Part shown: positions 12,526 to 26,033 of the stretch, one piece after another | Layout of the letters: each line of letters starts with the position of its first letter | How positions within the stretch are numbered: the stretch's first letter is position 1 | Assembly: GCA_951406725.2 (NCBI GenBank) | Contig: OX597816.1 | Span: 170,562,001 to 170,626,000 of the forward strand | Source of the DNA: Octopus vulgaris | Lineage: Eukaryota | Direction of reading: 5' to 3' | DNA: 64,000 bases | Translations under genes and position numbers: made by a program | The notes under the pieces: model-generated | What the model saw: only the letters and a program-made list of their open reading frames with translations | What the model was told of the DNA's origin: nothing | The model's database searches: none

Positions 12526-12600
12526 TTTGAATGGAGAGATAGATAGACAGAGAGACAGACAGATAGACACTCAGACATACAGGCAGACTGACAGACAGAC

Positions 12601-12644
<44 letters not shown>

Positions 12645-13378
12645 ATTTGCCTAATAGTGGTTTTATCTCTAATTTAATTTATATATATATATACATATAC
12701 GCACTTACATATATGAATGTCTGTATGCATATGTGTATACATGTGATTATAGAGCGGGTTTCTAGTTTTTTCTCCTATGCAGGAATTTTGTGTATGTGTG
12801 TGTGTTGCGTGTGTGTATGTGTGCGAGCGTGTGTGCGTGCGTACGTGTGCATGCACGCGCGCATGCGCGCATACGCACACACTCATACACGAACGTCACG
12901 CATAGATTTCTGTTAGAAGATAACAGTAATTACGGGAAAGAAACTGAGAAGTTCCCTATTTGTCTTGGACCTATCCACGCCGTGTTTGTAAGGTCAATTC
13001 TCTGTTTCTTCAATGCAGGCATTCAGAGTTCCGTTATTAAATATATTGTCTTTCAGAGGCGCTCTGCACGTGATAATTTACAAAGTAACGTAGACCATTT
13101 TTTTTTTCGGTTTAAGGGTTGATCATCGAAATACAGTAAATGCCAATCAAGATGACATGGTGACCCTTTCCAATGAGAATTCCTAACCTCATTTTCGATT
13201 TCAAATAGCAATTTACTCTTATTCCTATTTGGCTACATAACTGAATTTTATGACAAATCTAGCTTCGAACATGTGTTACTACACTATAGGGTTTTCCATA
13301 AAACTAGACAGACAACCTGACGGTGCTTATTAACTCTTCAAGTATGACAGGCCTTGAAAATTCCTGAGAGTAAACTAA

Positions 13379-13774
13379 TCTTTATATATAAAAGAGAAGT
13401 TGTGTGTCTGTCTCCTATGATTTAGTTTCCTAACTACTCCCACATTTTGCGGTGCAGTTTAACCAAAACCGGGTATCTTATAGTCGTGATTCATATCGAG
13501 CCCTTCTGGGTATTAGCGCGCGTCTACGATGAGTCTACGATATAAAAAAATTACCATCATTTTTTTTCCATTTTAATGCATTTTTTCGCTATTATATAAG
13601 GGAAGTAACTCTCTGAAAATGTCTACGATGAGTCAACGATTTAAAAAAAAATTTACCATAATTTTTTTTCCATTTGTAATGCAATTTTTTGCTATTTTTT
13701 GGATATAACTCTCTAAAAATGCTTATATAGTTATTTCCCTTACAAACCCGAGCAACGCCGGGCGATACTGCTAG
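13379..13774 (+). mobile_element. Non-autonomous Helitron
   Basis: A|TC...cccgagcaacgccgggcgatactgCTAG|T; highly similar to 52009-52405. Confidence 0.9.
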
Positions 13775-14924
13775 TTCTACATATTTTCATAACTGCTTTT
13801 TATCGCTTTCACTCTATATAACTTACATAAAATGTTATTAAAGATTACGTTGTGTTCATCTACTTATGCTTTCCAGGTGCACTTGAAACTCATATGTAAG
13901 TAGTGTTATATTAAAATATAACACCACTTAAGATTTTATTCAATAAACTAGATGCCATACAAGTATTCTTAAAGCATATCATAACCAAGGTTTATATATA
14001 CTGTTAGTCGCAGTATTCTTGTGGGATAAATTACCCACATCTATAAATTCCTGCCCAATGAAGGTTGTGTTATCGTATTAATTTGCATCTTCTATCTTCT
14101 CGGTTAATTCTGAGTACGTGTCTAGCTTGCATCTGCCTTTCCGTTACCACCCAGAGCATTCCTAAAATGCTTCCTGCAGCTTCATTCTTCCTTATAAAGG
14201 TAAAATATTGGAGAAAGAGAAGTGAGAAGATACAACAGAAAATGATGCATTCAATGTTTCCAAGGTTTTCGCTGTGGACTTAAAAGAGAAGCTCTTACAG
14301 CTTTGAAGTTATTGAGATTCTATTAGATTATACCATTTGGCAGCATTGATAGGGAATCACTTTGGAAGATGGCTGACATTCAAAAATGATTCGCTATACT
14401 TGCTATTATTGGCATTTTAAAAGTCAATGGCTTTTACGCACACTGCTTGCTGAAAGACTGTACACCGTGACACGATATTCCTCTGTGTCAAAATATGTTC
14501 AATACAACGTAGACTGAACCGGTAACCTGCTCCTGTTTCTCGGTGTTTCATCAATAACTTGTCCAGTCCTATTCAGTAACACAACGTAGAACATTTTCCC
14601 AAGCATGGACAACATACAGTTTTTTGCCAGTTGTTATAGACTTCACATTGACCTAATACCTGATAAGCATACATTTTTTGAGATATTATTTCATCAGTTG
14701 ATATTCTGTCGAATCAACCAGCTTTAATATTGAATAGTTTCCTCGGTTCTTGGTTTATTTCTTCCTATAGATCGTGTCAGTTATTACTTGAAGTGATTCA
14801 CTTGCTTTTTCTCAGTTGAAGTCACCGAGTACGACTAGATTTGACTGGTTCAATATCTCTAAAGGCTTTCCAATCATCAGCTATATTGTTTTTTACCCTC
14901 CTGTTTTATCCTTGACAGGTACAC

Positions 14925-15662
14925 GTGTTTACTTTTTGAAGTACTATTCTGACCTAGTCTACAGAATTCCGTCCAAATGATTTTGAAGACTGCGAACAAA
15001 TGATAATCAGAGGGGGCAATCTCCAGCAAATATTGTGTGTGGGGCATCGTTTTCCATTCAAACTGCTCCAGCCTTTAGAATGTCATCTTCGCTGTATGTG
15101 GCCGAGCATTATCCTGAAGGAAGAATACCTTTCGTCTTCAAACTAAAGATGACCGTTTTCTTCTATTGCTGACTTGAATGACTGGGTGAATGATCAAATC
15201 CAAGCTGTTCTCCTAGTTCCTCAACAGTTACGATGGGATTTTGTTCCACCAGGGTTTGCTGAACGTCCTCATCGAGCTCTACAGATCTTCCTGGATGAGG
15301 TTCGTCTCCAAGGCTGTAGTTTCTGATTCGGAATATCTGGACCCACAGTTGACGCTGGCTTACGCGTATTGTCCGATCCCCATACACTGCATTAATATTC
15401 CTCGCATTTTCCGTTGCGTTGTTGTCTTTAATGAATTCATAAAGCAAAATATGCCGAAAGTGCTCCTTTCTCATTTCCATTATAGCTTTGAAAAAAACTG
15501 TTAATATCGAACTGCACTCTTCAAAAGTTGCACTAAGAATAAGCACAAGGTAAAATTACTACCCGCTTCTATAGTAAGTTGATGCAGGTAGTTTATTCCG
15601 TCCCCCTCCGACTTTTAGTTCATGCAATTGAAAAAAACCGCATTATTTATGGGATGACCCAA
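14925..15662 (-). mobile_element. Mariner transposon remnant (internally deleted, one TIR)
   Basis: TA + TIR ttgggtcatcccataaataatgcg; ORF 15163..15546 HTH (HFRHILLYEF..NATENARNINAVYG..EPHPGRS); QDNARPH and IAPSDYHLF motifs at ~15000-15120. Confidence 0.88.
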
Positions 15663-18600
15663 TATTTATACACAAAAATACATACATATATAAATACATC
15701 CATACAGAGAGAGAGAGAGAGGAAAAGAAAGAAAGAAAGAAAGAGGAGGGAGTGAGAGAGAAAAAGAAGAGTAGATACAGTAAAAAGGCGAAAATAGAAA
15801 TTATATTTGTGTTATGAACAGATTTTAATTTCGTATCATTAAATTATTTAATACACCTGGAGATAACACTTGTTTATTATTTCAGTAAAGTAATAAAATT
15901 GAAATATATATATATATATGCATATCGGTAGAATCATTCATTGTTTTGATTTGCTTTCTCTGTTTGTTTGTTGACTAATGGACTCAGACATATAATGTAA
16001 ATGTACTAGAATTTTTCCGTTTAAAGAGATAGAAATGCCTTGAGTTTATATCTCCATTTAAATACGATATGAAAAATCACAATAATCGCATGATTATTTT
16101 CATTAGCTGGGGGGAATATGACGCAAAATTTATTTTCAATATATTTTTATATGCAAAGATCCCGAAAAACAATTCTATTAAATTTCAAATTGTTTTCAGG
16201 TACTATAGATAGATTATATGTGATACTATTTCATCTAAACTGCCCGAAGCAAATTAACGTCACTTCAAGTAAGCAATGTATATGAAAATTTTATCTATAG
16301 CATGATTTGTGTGCTTTAAACATGTATGCAATTACTATGATTGGATAAAACTAATAGAACATGCGTGTGAGAACTTGAATGCTTTCATTCGTTATAGTAT
16401 CTCCAAAATGACACATGTTTTTACTGCAGTTAATTGACAACAAAATTATCTATTAATTTCACGTGCTCTAAGGAAAAAAACCCACCTAATTTATATCGGA
16501 AAAATATGTATGTGTAAATGTAAATTGAAAATTTACCCAGGTTGGACGGTTGTATTTCAAACCAAGAGTCTGTCAGTTATATAACTCCACTATCGATCAA
16601 ACATAATATGTTACTCTATTTATACACATAACATTGTGGGGATCAATCAGAACATATCAGAGTAAGCTGGATTCGGTGAGCAATTTAGAAATTAGTGTTA
16701 TTTTACATGTTAGGCAGCTTTTATTTTATTTCATTTTTCTACTGCTTGATTAGTATAATTTTGGTCAAATATAATTGTGGAACTGTTGATGCAGAGATGT
16801 ATGACTTAATCGGGTTATATTTCTTGGACTCAGACTAGATGAAGATTTTGGTCTTTATAGCGATAGCAGTTTGTTAATTCTCTGCCATATATAAGGCTAG
16901 CAACTTGAGTGCCCTAGGGATTATCTTAATATATTTAAAGCGTTTAATTTGAGAATTAAAATTCGTACCAGTATGAACTTTTAAAATTATATCTAATTTT
17001 AAGTCTTGAATACAGGTAAACACTGCTCTGATAGAAAGCCCAATGTAAAACTGCCATATACTTATACTATTAGTGCCCTTCCCATAGTTTAAAGACTATG
17101 TTAGATAACGTTAGTCATTTCATATCCGCATTTTATCTGGATGTCTTATACTGATACAACGATCCTTTCAAAGAGGGTATCTTCAACGAGAAAATGCACT
17201 ATATTCCAAATCAGAGTATTTCATACAACTAAAATAAATATAAATCGATATGATTCTTTGTTTGATTGCTATTCTATCTAAAATAGAAGCAAAACCTTTT
17301 AAAACATGCAGTAGTTTATAAATGATCATAGGCATTTGCAGATTTAGAACAGTAATTTCTTGAAAGTGAAATTCTATTTCAATATAATTTTCTTCAGCAT
17401 AATCCGGAATTATAATCCGATAATTCAAAATAAAGCACCTTCGCGAAATATGTAAATCCTTATAACTATGCCAGCATTAACACATGCTCATAAAATGACA
17501 AAAGTCGAAGGATCAAACTAATGTATTGTATAAAAGCTTGTTGTCCACAGTAACATTAAATTTTCCCGCTTAATAAACTGCACTTGAAGAGATATAAACT
17601 CAAGTTATATTTACTCTTTTACAGTGTATCTGGATATTAAGAGACCGTGAAACTACCAAATTTCCCAAGATAAATATCAGGGATCGAATACATTAAATAA
17701 TATTTTGCTTGCTCTGAATCACACAAGTTGTACATTTCTGATAAGTTCTGATATTGTGACCATCCTTCAAAACATTCTGAGAAAGGATTTATATTGACAG
17801 GTCATAAAAAAAGGCCCCTGGTGTGGAATTTAATCTATCCAAAGTTTGAAATGACTGTTCTTATACAACTCAAATATTTCCCAATTCTTCAAATATGTTT
17901 AAAGTTTTTCCAGTAATGTATACATGTTTGAATATGTAGGGTTCCCTTTCCTAAATTGCGGCTTCGCATTAAGGAATGTTGTACCCATAGTTTTGGGAAA
18001 AGACAACTGTCTTAAAATATTCTACGAACTGGTAAACAGTAAACTCTATCCTAACACCTGGACGTTAAATATTTACTAGTTTCGTATGTTATGTCTTACA
18101 CAATTCTCTCAATATATATTACATTAGTTTAATTCATTATTTAAGTGCTGATCAGCTGTTCACCTGCACTTCCATTAATCATTGCATTTTATGGTTACTT
18201 TGCAGCAGCTTTTCTTTTCTTCAGCTTTTCCTATTTGTGTGGTTGTACGTAAATGTACGAGCTTACATATCTTTATGGCTTCATTTCTCTTATCAACATT
18301 ATTGCAGTATATTAAGTTAGTACATATATACATACATAAATACACACATGCATAGATACAAATATATATGATAGTGAATAGATAGGGATAATATATCAAG
18401 TTGTGTACTGTTTAACCTCTCTATTATAATCCAAGTTATGGCATACTGCATCGAATGGTAAGGAACAGCCTAGGACTATTGGAGGTAACCAATCCCAATG
18501 TATTTTATCCAATGGGTAAATCTTGGGTTCGCTTTGTTAGATTATCAAAAGTTTATTAAGTGTATATTCATGAAAATTCAAATAAAAAAACCAGAATAAT

Positions 18601-18813
18601 GCATCTACTACTTTTTTATCATACACTTATACGCTGGCCTTACAATTAAATTCTGCATATTTCATTTCTCTAAATCATATTTGACTAAGTGGCTCTTAAT
18701 TGAACATATTCGAATCATGAATACTAAACTGTGTCAGAGTATATTAAGCGAACTGGAAGAAAAAAAATCAAGGACGTTCACCTCGCTAAGAGTCTATGCA
18801 GCCTTATTCAAGA

Positions 18814-19195
18814 CTAGCAGTATCGCCCGGCGTTGCTCAGGTTTGTAAGGGAAATAACTATAAAGCATTTTTAGAGAGTTATAGCCACAAAATAGCAAAA
18901 AAATGGAAAAAAATGATGGTAAATTTTTTTAGAGTAAAAAAAGGTGGAGTTGCGTCCCCTAGACAGTTTGCGGTTTGTGTTTCTGATTCTCGACCCCATG
19001 TCGAATTTATCGATTTTTTTCAGAACTGGGTGAACTTTTCAAAATTTTCGCTGCGTTAGTTTTGAATTATGACATTGGGTTATGTGTGTGTCAAGTTTCA
19101 TCAGAATCGGTTGAAAGCCGTGGTCAGGGTCAGGGTACAAGCAAACAGACACACAGAAACACGCACAGACAAACTGCCGTTTATATAAAGAGAGA
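18814..19195 (-). mobile_element. Non-autonomous Helitron with the shared 3' end but a different 5' half
   Basis: TC start, same 3' hairpin + CTAG, A|T insertion site. Confidence 0.85.
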
Positions 19196-19547
19196 TGTTT
19201 GCACAATGTTGTGGTTTGAAGCGAAGTAAATGTAAGTTGGTTTAGGCAGTGCTATATCTGACAGGGACGATATTTTTGAGTGCAAAATATTAGAATTAAA
19301 GAAGAATGTATAAAAACTTGATTCGGCTATAACAACGTTTATCAGGATGACGCTATGATGACCCTAACGTATGACATTCGAATCACGCATACTAGATTGA
19401 AAATGGACATCAGACTGCGAGATATCCATCCAGCAGAAACACATGTCGGACCATTGAAATTAAATATGCTAGAGAATAATTGACTGTAACGATAAAAATT
19501 GAATAAATGCATTATTCTCCTTTTTCTATTTGAATTGTCATGAATTC

Positions 19548-19939
19548 AGGCGCAGGCGTGGCTGTGTGGTAAGTAGCTTGCTAACCAACCACATGGTTGC
19601 GGGTTCAGTCCCACTGCGTGGCATCTTGAGCAAGTGTCTTCTGCTTTAGCCCCGGGCCGACCAATGCCTTGAGAGTGGATTTGGTAGACGGAAACTGAAA
19701 ACATATATATATGCGTGTGTGTGTTTGTGTATCTGTGTTTGTCCCCCTAGCATTGCTTGACAACCGATGCTGGTGTGTTTACGTCCCCGTCACTTAGCGG
19801 TTCGGCAAAAGAGACCGATAGAATAAGTACTGGGCTTACAAACAATAAGTCCCGGGGTCGATTTAATCGACTAAAGGCGGTGCTCCAGCATGGCCGCAGT
19901 CAAATGACTGAAACAAGTAAAAGAGTAAAAGTATAAAGA
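19548..19939 (+). mobile_element. SINE family A
   Basis: Full head aggcgcaggcgtggctgtgtggtaag through tail gtaaaagag. Confidence 0.9.
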
Positions 19940-20603
19940 GAATATACACTCAATAAACTTTTTTATAATCAAACAAAGCGAACCCAAGATTTACTCATTG
20001 GATAAAATACATTGGGATTGGTTACCTCGAATAGTCCTAGCCTGTTCCTTACCATTCGATGCAGTATGCCATAACTTGGATTATAATAGAGAGTTTAAAC
20101 AGTACACACCTGGATATATAATCCCTATCTATTCACTATCATATATATTTGTATCTATGCATGTGTGTATTTATGTATGTATATATGTACTAACTTAAGC
20201 TAGCTCCTGTAGAGGGCTCTTCGTTAGGCCTGCCCAACAATGACTCTTCACGCATTGAGTACATATTAAATTTTATTCAACCTCAGCAAAATTTTTCAAG
20301 CAATGAACAATTTTCATCAAAACAATGATAAAATTTGTCGACTTGGAAATAATTGCAAAGCTAGCTGCATGATAAGCATCAGTACCACCGCCATCGCCAC
20401 TACATCTGCTTTACACACACCATTCAGACCTCTGATGCCACAACTGTCAATACCTTTGACTTCACCGCCTTCTTCTCCACCACCATCACCAATGTTTTTC
20501 ATATCACCTACTCTCACCGTCATCCCTGACCAACTCTGCTACCACCCACCACCAGCATTATCACCGCTGCCTCTGTCTCTATCACACTACAACTCATACT
20601 ATT

Positions 20604-20810
20604 CTCTCTCTATCCGCTCAGTCGAAGTCGACTCTCGGTCACTCGTTGGATCAGTGTCCTCCAGTCAGTTCTATCCTAGGCCGCTTCTTTCAGATTGGCT
20701 ATGTCCATTCCGGTATCACTCTTGATGGTGTCAAGCCAGCGGGTTCTTGGTCGGCCTCTTTCTCTCTTGCCACAGACCATTCCGAGCATGATGTCCTTCT
20801 CCGGGGATTT
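20604..20810 (-). mobile_element. RTE (BovB-like) LINE 3' end
   Basis: Translates to EKDIMLGMVCGKRERGRPRTRWLDTIKSDTGMDIANLKEAA*DRTDWRTLIQRVTESRLRLSG*. Confidence 0.85.
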
Positions 20811-21019
20811 TTCATACTATTACTATTACTATTACCATCACAAAAAGGCTAAATGAGTGTGTTAAAGAATTGTGCTCAGTATGTTCATTATTCACTCCCG
20901 CTTTTTCTCATGTACCCTTCCCTCTCTCTCTCTTATCACTACTCCCACAGCCACTATCAACTCTGCTACTTTTAATAAAATCCTCATCAACACTCCCTAA
21001 ATCTGCAACGGGAGTTTGA

Positions 21020-21918
21020 CACGTAATATGAGTAGGCTGGGGATAATAACATGCGGTTTAATGAAGGAAAATTCCAAACCCTGCGCCATCAGTACACAAA
21101 GCTGAATGACATACAGACAGGATATCCAGGCTCGAGAGAAACTGCAATCCCTGAATCAAAATCAGTTCGTGCGCTGGGCATTGACATTAGTAATGATGCA
21201 TCTTTCCAGGTGCATATTGCTAATTTAACAATGAAATGCAGACGGCTAGCTGGATGGATTCTCCGAACTTTCAGAACGAGAGAAAAGGAAACAATTTTGT
21301 TCCTTTGGAGGACATACATCCTCAGTTGCTTGGACTACTGCTCTCAACTATGTTCACCACACAGTATAAAATCAATGGTGCAGCTCGAAGAAAACCAACG
21401 AAGCTAAACTAAGAAATTCGTTGCAATGCAATGCATCAGCTACTGGAAAGGACTGAAAGAGTTAAGATACATCCACCGAGAACAAAGGTGGGAAAATATA
21501 TGCAGTGATATACATCTGGAAAACGCTGGAAAACCTTGTACCAAACTTGGCATTGAAAGTTATACATCGTGAAAGAACGGTTCGCTACTTCATCGTTCCA
21601 AAGATCTCAACATCAACGTCTAGAAACAGGACCAGATTCTGCAACAGGTTGGGTTTCAAGTGTCCACAGCTCAATATCCTTCCAAAACGCCTAATAGACC
21701 TGCATGGTGTGGATGTATATGTCTTCAAAACCAAGTAAAACCTCCTTTCAAGTGTTCCAGATGATCATAACTCACGACGGGAAACTCAGATAAAAACATC
21801 GAACTCCCCCATTCACCAAATGCCACACATCACAGGAGGTATCAAGTAATGAAAGAGTAGCACAGCTAACAGTGGTGTCCCAAAATAACCGCAGCTTATT
21901 TTGGAACAGGTTAAAGAG
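21020..21918 (+). mobile_element. CR1-like LINE 3' fragment (RT C-terminus + 3' UTR)
   Basis: ORF 21051..21407 NMRFNEGKFQ..RALGIDIS..GWILRTFRTRE..LDYCSQL; ORF 21505..21738; ends in a tail resembling the SINE A tail. Confidence 0.85.
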
Positions 21919-21973
21919 TTATATATATATATATACATATATATATACACACACATATATATATATATACATA

Positions 21974-22184
21974 TTCTTTTATTCCTATATTTTTGTTTCT
22001 TTTATTTGACTGCGGCCATGCTGCAGCACCGCCTTTAGTCGAACAAATTGACCCCAGGACTTATTCTTTGTAAGCCTGCTACTTAATCTATCGGTGTCTT
22101 TGCCGAACCGCTAGTTACAGGGACGTAAACACACCAATATCAGTTGTCAAGCGACGGTGGGGGGAGAAACGGACACACAAACAT

Positions 22185-22247
<63 letters not shown>

Positions 22248-22432
22248 CACACACACAGAGACACATATATATATATACGACATGATTTTTCCGTTTCCTT
22301 GTAACAAATCCACTCACAAGGCTTTAGTTGGTCCGAGGCTGTAGTAGAAGAGACTTACTCAAGGTGCCACGCAGTGGGACTGAATCCGAAACCATGTGGT
22401 TGGTAAGCAAGTTCCTTACCACACAGCCACTC
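21974..22432 (-). mobile_element. SINE family A
   Basis: Reverse complement of the family A head, core and tail. Confidence 0.88.
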
Positions 22433-22973
22433 TAGTGAGTTGACAAATGAAAGAAGGGCAGTCAACCAATTTATTGGGAGTTCCATGTATGGATCAAAAC
22501 AGTTTGATCCAAATTCATTGGTACTCTTGAGTTTCAAGCGCGATGCTATTCGTCAGCCATTTTATTTGAATGACAGAAGTTGATTGATTATTACCGTAAG
22601 GTGGTCTGCGATTGGTCGAGGAAAGTCACACGGTGTCGTGGTTTGATGTTGGTAATACGAGCAGATCTTCGAAAGCGATGAGAAGCCGGAAGGGTATGCT
22701 CTCACTTTCAGTGTTTTCAAATCCAAACCAATGGAGTTTCTGAGCTGATGATAGAAGTGTCGTGTTGACTAATCTTGAAACGTACGTTCTCAAATAACCT
22801 TTGCATTTGATTTTTTGATGTCCTTACCCCCAAACTTTTGTGAGTTGAGTTAAGCAAACACTATATGAGAGAGATTTTCTTTAAGTATTAGAAATAGTTT
22901 TAAAAAAGTTTTTTAGCTGCTATTTCTAATGAGTTCAGTATGCGGCAAAGTAATTTATTTTACTAAGCCCTTT

Positions 22974-23027
<54 letters not shown>

Positions 23028-23400
23028 GTCCATATTTAAATATACTTCTTTTTAATTATCTGCAATTTTCTGAAATAAGAAGTAACTGGTTTCTAACAAT
23101 GAAAGGATTCATCGATAATAGTTTTACAAGTTGATGAGAATTGCATTTGTTTTGTACAGACTTTGGGAAAAAAATATTCAAAACAATCTGCAGCGAACGT
23201 CTCTGATTATAAATATTTTATTATGCCTTCTCTTTAAAACATCACAAAACAGTGGCCTACTTATTTCTATCCTTCATCAATCAGTTTTAAGAATTACATT
23301 GTATGTTTAAAAATATTATGTGATGTTGGAAGTACTAACGTAAGCAAATCGTTGGGTTTGGAAACAGTATTGTTAATATATTCCCCAGAATAATCACATA

Positions 23401-23834
23401 AGCAACATTTGGTGTTGCATCCTACTCTTCTTTTCATTATATTATATATAGTTTAGCGCTACCTCCTTCTGTAGGAATGAAAAAAACATACTCTTCAAAT
23501 TATGAATTGCTGTAACAGTTACTCTCTGAGAGAGGTTACTCTAAATTGATGTTAAGGAAAATTGTGCATGCCTTGTTTAACAGATTTATATGGAAATCTA
23601 TCTATTCCAAATGTTTGCTAACTTATACTACCCCAGTAATGCAAGTATCAAAGAGGGAAATTTCTTATACGAAATTAACATGTTAATCTAATGCAGGTCG
23701 CTCACGCTGGGGAGATGTTGGCGTTCTTCACATAGCCAGATAACCGAAGAGATGGTGTTGTGGATTTCCACCTCGGCATCCGAAACTCAGAGTTTTATCT
23801 TGGCTATTGAATAATTGTCACAAATTTTTTTTAC

Positions 23835-23874
<40 letters not shown>

Positions 23875-24078
23875 ATAGTTAGATTTCCATATAAATCTGT
23901 TAAGCAAGGCATGCACAATTTTCCTTAACATCAACTTAGAGTAACCTCTCTCAGAGAGTAACTGTTACAGCAATTCATAATTTGAAGAGTATGTTTTTTC
24001 ATTCCTACAGAAGGAGGTAGCGCTAAACTATATATAATATAATGAAAAGAAGAGTAGGATGCAACACCAAATGTTGCT
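23401..24078. repeat. ~210 bp inverted duplication (23401-23610 / 23870-24078) enclosing a hammerhead-bearing repeat
   Basis: Arms differ at only a few positions. Confidence 0.92.
23733..23807 (+). ncRNA. Hammerhead-like motif with CCGAAGA core (same family as 7026-7095)
   Basis: Stem I tagcca-gataa/ttatc-t-tggcta; core 23744-23750; GAAA 23782-23785; stem III actc-a-gagt. Confidence 0.6.
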
Positions 24079-24217
24079 TCCAAACCCATTATATATGTAT
24101 ATATATATACATACATATATAAACACATACATACATACATACACACATACAGACATACATATACGACAAGAAATAATTTTTGCTTCTTTTTATTGAGACA
24201 AAAGAGTTTATATACAT

Positions 24218-24610
24218 AGGCGCAGGATTAGCTTACCAACCAAATGATTCCTGGTTCAGTCCCACTGCGTGGCACCTTGGACAAGTGTCTTCTATTATAG
24301 TCTCGGGCCAACCAAAGCCTTGTGAGTGGATTTGATAGATGGAAACTGAAAGAAGCCTGTCGTATATATGTATATATGTATGTATATTTGTATATATATA
24401 TATTTGTATATATGTGTTTGTTGTGGCTGTGTTTGTCCCCCCACCATTGCTTGACAACCGATGGTGTGTTTACGTCTCGGTAACTTAGCGGCAAAAGAGA
24501 ACTATAGAATAAGTACTGGGTTTACAAAGAATAGGTCCTCGGTTCGATTTGTTGTGGTGCTCCAGCATACCCGCAGTCAAATGACTGAAAAAATTAAATG
24601 AATAAAAGAA
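24218..24610 (+). mobile_element. SINE family A (diverged)
   Basis: Family A head, core and tail with small deletions. Confidence 0.85.
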
Positions 24611-24694
24611 TTTTAAAATGTGTGTGTTTGCGTATATTAATTTATAAAAAAGTGAGGTGATAAAGGAATAAACGATTATCTGATGAACTTCATT

Positions 24695-24771
24695 AGCTGA
24701 CAACTGTTTCTGCTTTAAGATGCATCGGCATAGTTAAGTTCCTGTGTAACACCTTATAGCCTCACCGGAGC
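24695..24771 (-). ncRNA. Degenerate hammerhead-like motif with long stem II (core CCGGTGA)
   Basis: gct-CCGGTGA-g-gctataaggtg...catcttaaagc-a-GAAA-cagttg-TC-agc; related copy at 34822-34902. Confidence 0.5.
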
Positions 24772-24841
24772 CTCCGATGCTCCCATGAAGAACTCCGAAG
24801 TGCTTCATAGCATGATAATATATAGGTGGGTGGGTGTTTAT

Positions 24842-25260
24842 ACTCTCTTTCTCTTTTACTCATTTACTTGTTTCAGTCATTTGACTGCGGCCATGGTGGA
24901 GCACCGCCTTTAGTCGAGCAAATCGACCCCGGGACTTATTCTTTGTAAGCCCAGTACTTATTCTATCGGTCTCTTTTGCTGAACCGCTAAGTGACGGGGA
25001 CGTAAAAACACCAGCATCGGTTGTCAAGCAATGCTAGGGGGACAAACACAGACACACAAACACACACACATACATATATATATATATACATATATACGAC
25101 AGGCTTCTTTCAGTTTCCGTCTACCAAATCCACTCACAAGGCATTGGTCGGCCCGGGGCTATAGCAGAAGACACTTGCCCAAGATGCCAGGCAGTGGGAC
25201 TGAACTCGGAACCATGTGGTTGGTTAGCAAGCTACTTACCACACAGCCACTCCTGCGCCT
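24842..25260 (-). mobile_element. SINE family A
   Basis: Full-length reverse-oriented copy. Confidence 0.92.
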
Positions 25261-25699
25261 ATGTTAGTGTATATGTATGAGAATGGATGCGCAGGTTAGT
25301 AGCAATAGTTGGATGTGGGAGGAGAAACTGCGTGATGTATGTGTGCTTATGGGGGCAGTAGATATATATTCGTGTGTAGCCCCGAGAGGACACGATTGGG
25401 TGCAACTATCTGACATCTTTCTATTAGGAATCACTCTTCTAGCTTATGAGCTAAGCCAAGGTATCGCAGCTTGTGACATATCATGCCGGGATGCACCTTA
25501 TCAATAGCATTTGCGTAGTCAAGATATATCACATCGTCATCTGAATAGTCATAAGATGTTTAAATGCATATGTACATGTATGTATGTACGTACGTATGTA
25601 TAGGTTTATATGTATCGACATGCTTCTGTGTGAATATATATGTGTATATATATACATATTCGTTATATGTGTATATTTATATATATATATATACATATA

Positions 25700-25925
25700 T
25701 ATTTCTTTACGACCCACAAGGGGCTAAACACAGAGGGGACAAACAAGGACAGACATAGGTATTAAGTCGATTACATCGACCCCAGTGCGTAACTGGTACT
25801 TTATTTATCGACCCCGAAAGGATGAAAGGCAAAGTCGACCTCGGCGGAATTTGAACTCAGAAAGTAGCGGCTGACGAAATACCGCTAAGCATTTCGCCCG
25901 GCGCGCTAACATTTCTGCCAGCTCG

Positions 25926-25929
<4 letters not shown>
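25700..25929 (-). mobile_element. tRNA-derived SINE, family B (Nin/Deu-like central domain)
   Basis: Head ggcgagctggcagaa..gagttcaaattccgcc; domain gaggtcgactttgcctttcatcctttcggggtcgataaa..agtaccag; tail tagccccttgtggg..taaagaaata. Confidence 0.9.
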
Positions 25930-26004
<75 letters not shown>

Positions 26005-26033
26005 TAGATAGATAGATATGAATATATATATAT

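Larger units (their letters stand above)
18312..20198. repeat. ~258 bp inverted duplication (18312-18569 / 19940-20198)
   Basis: Arms are near-identical reverse complements; the spacer contains a Helitron and a SINE. Confidence 0.9.

Noticed and set aside
12187-12916. Long ORFs (YVCM/HTYI repeats), also at 27281-27750, 50213-50627, 54617-55006 and 56517-56950
   Set aside because: They are translations of (TATG)n, (TA)n and (TAGG)n microsatellites that lack stop codons.
18260-18330. Possible extra TPR exon (LIYCNNVDKRNEAIKI followed by gtaagc)
   Set aside because: There is no polypyrimidine/AG acceptor, and the flanking exons already join in frame.
19330-19455. Hammerhead-like tgatga...gaaacacatgtc
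   Set aside because: No convincing stem I or stem II.
22435-22740. Possible Penelope GIY-YIG C-terminal remnant on the minus strand
   Set aside because: The similarity is too degraded to support without a profile search.
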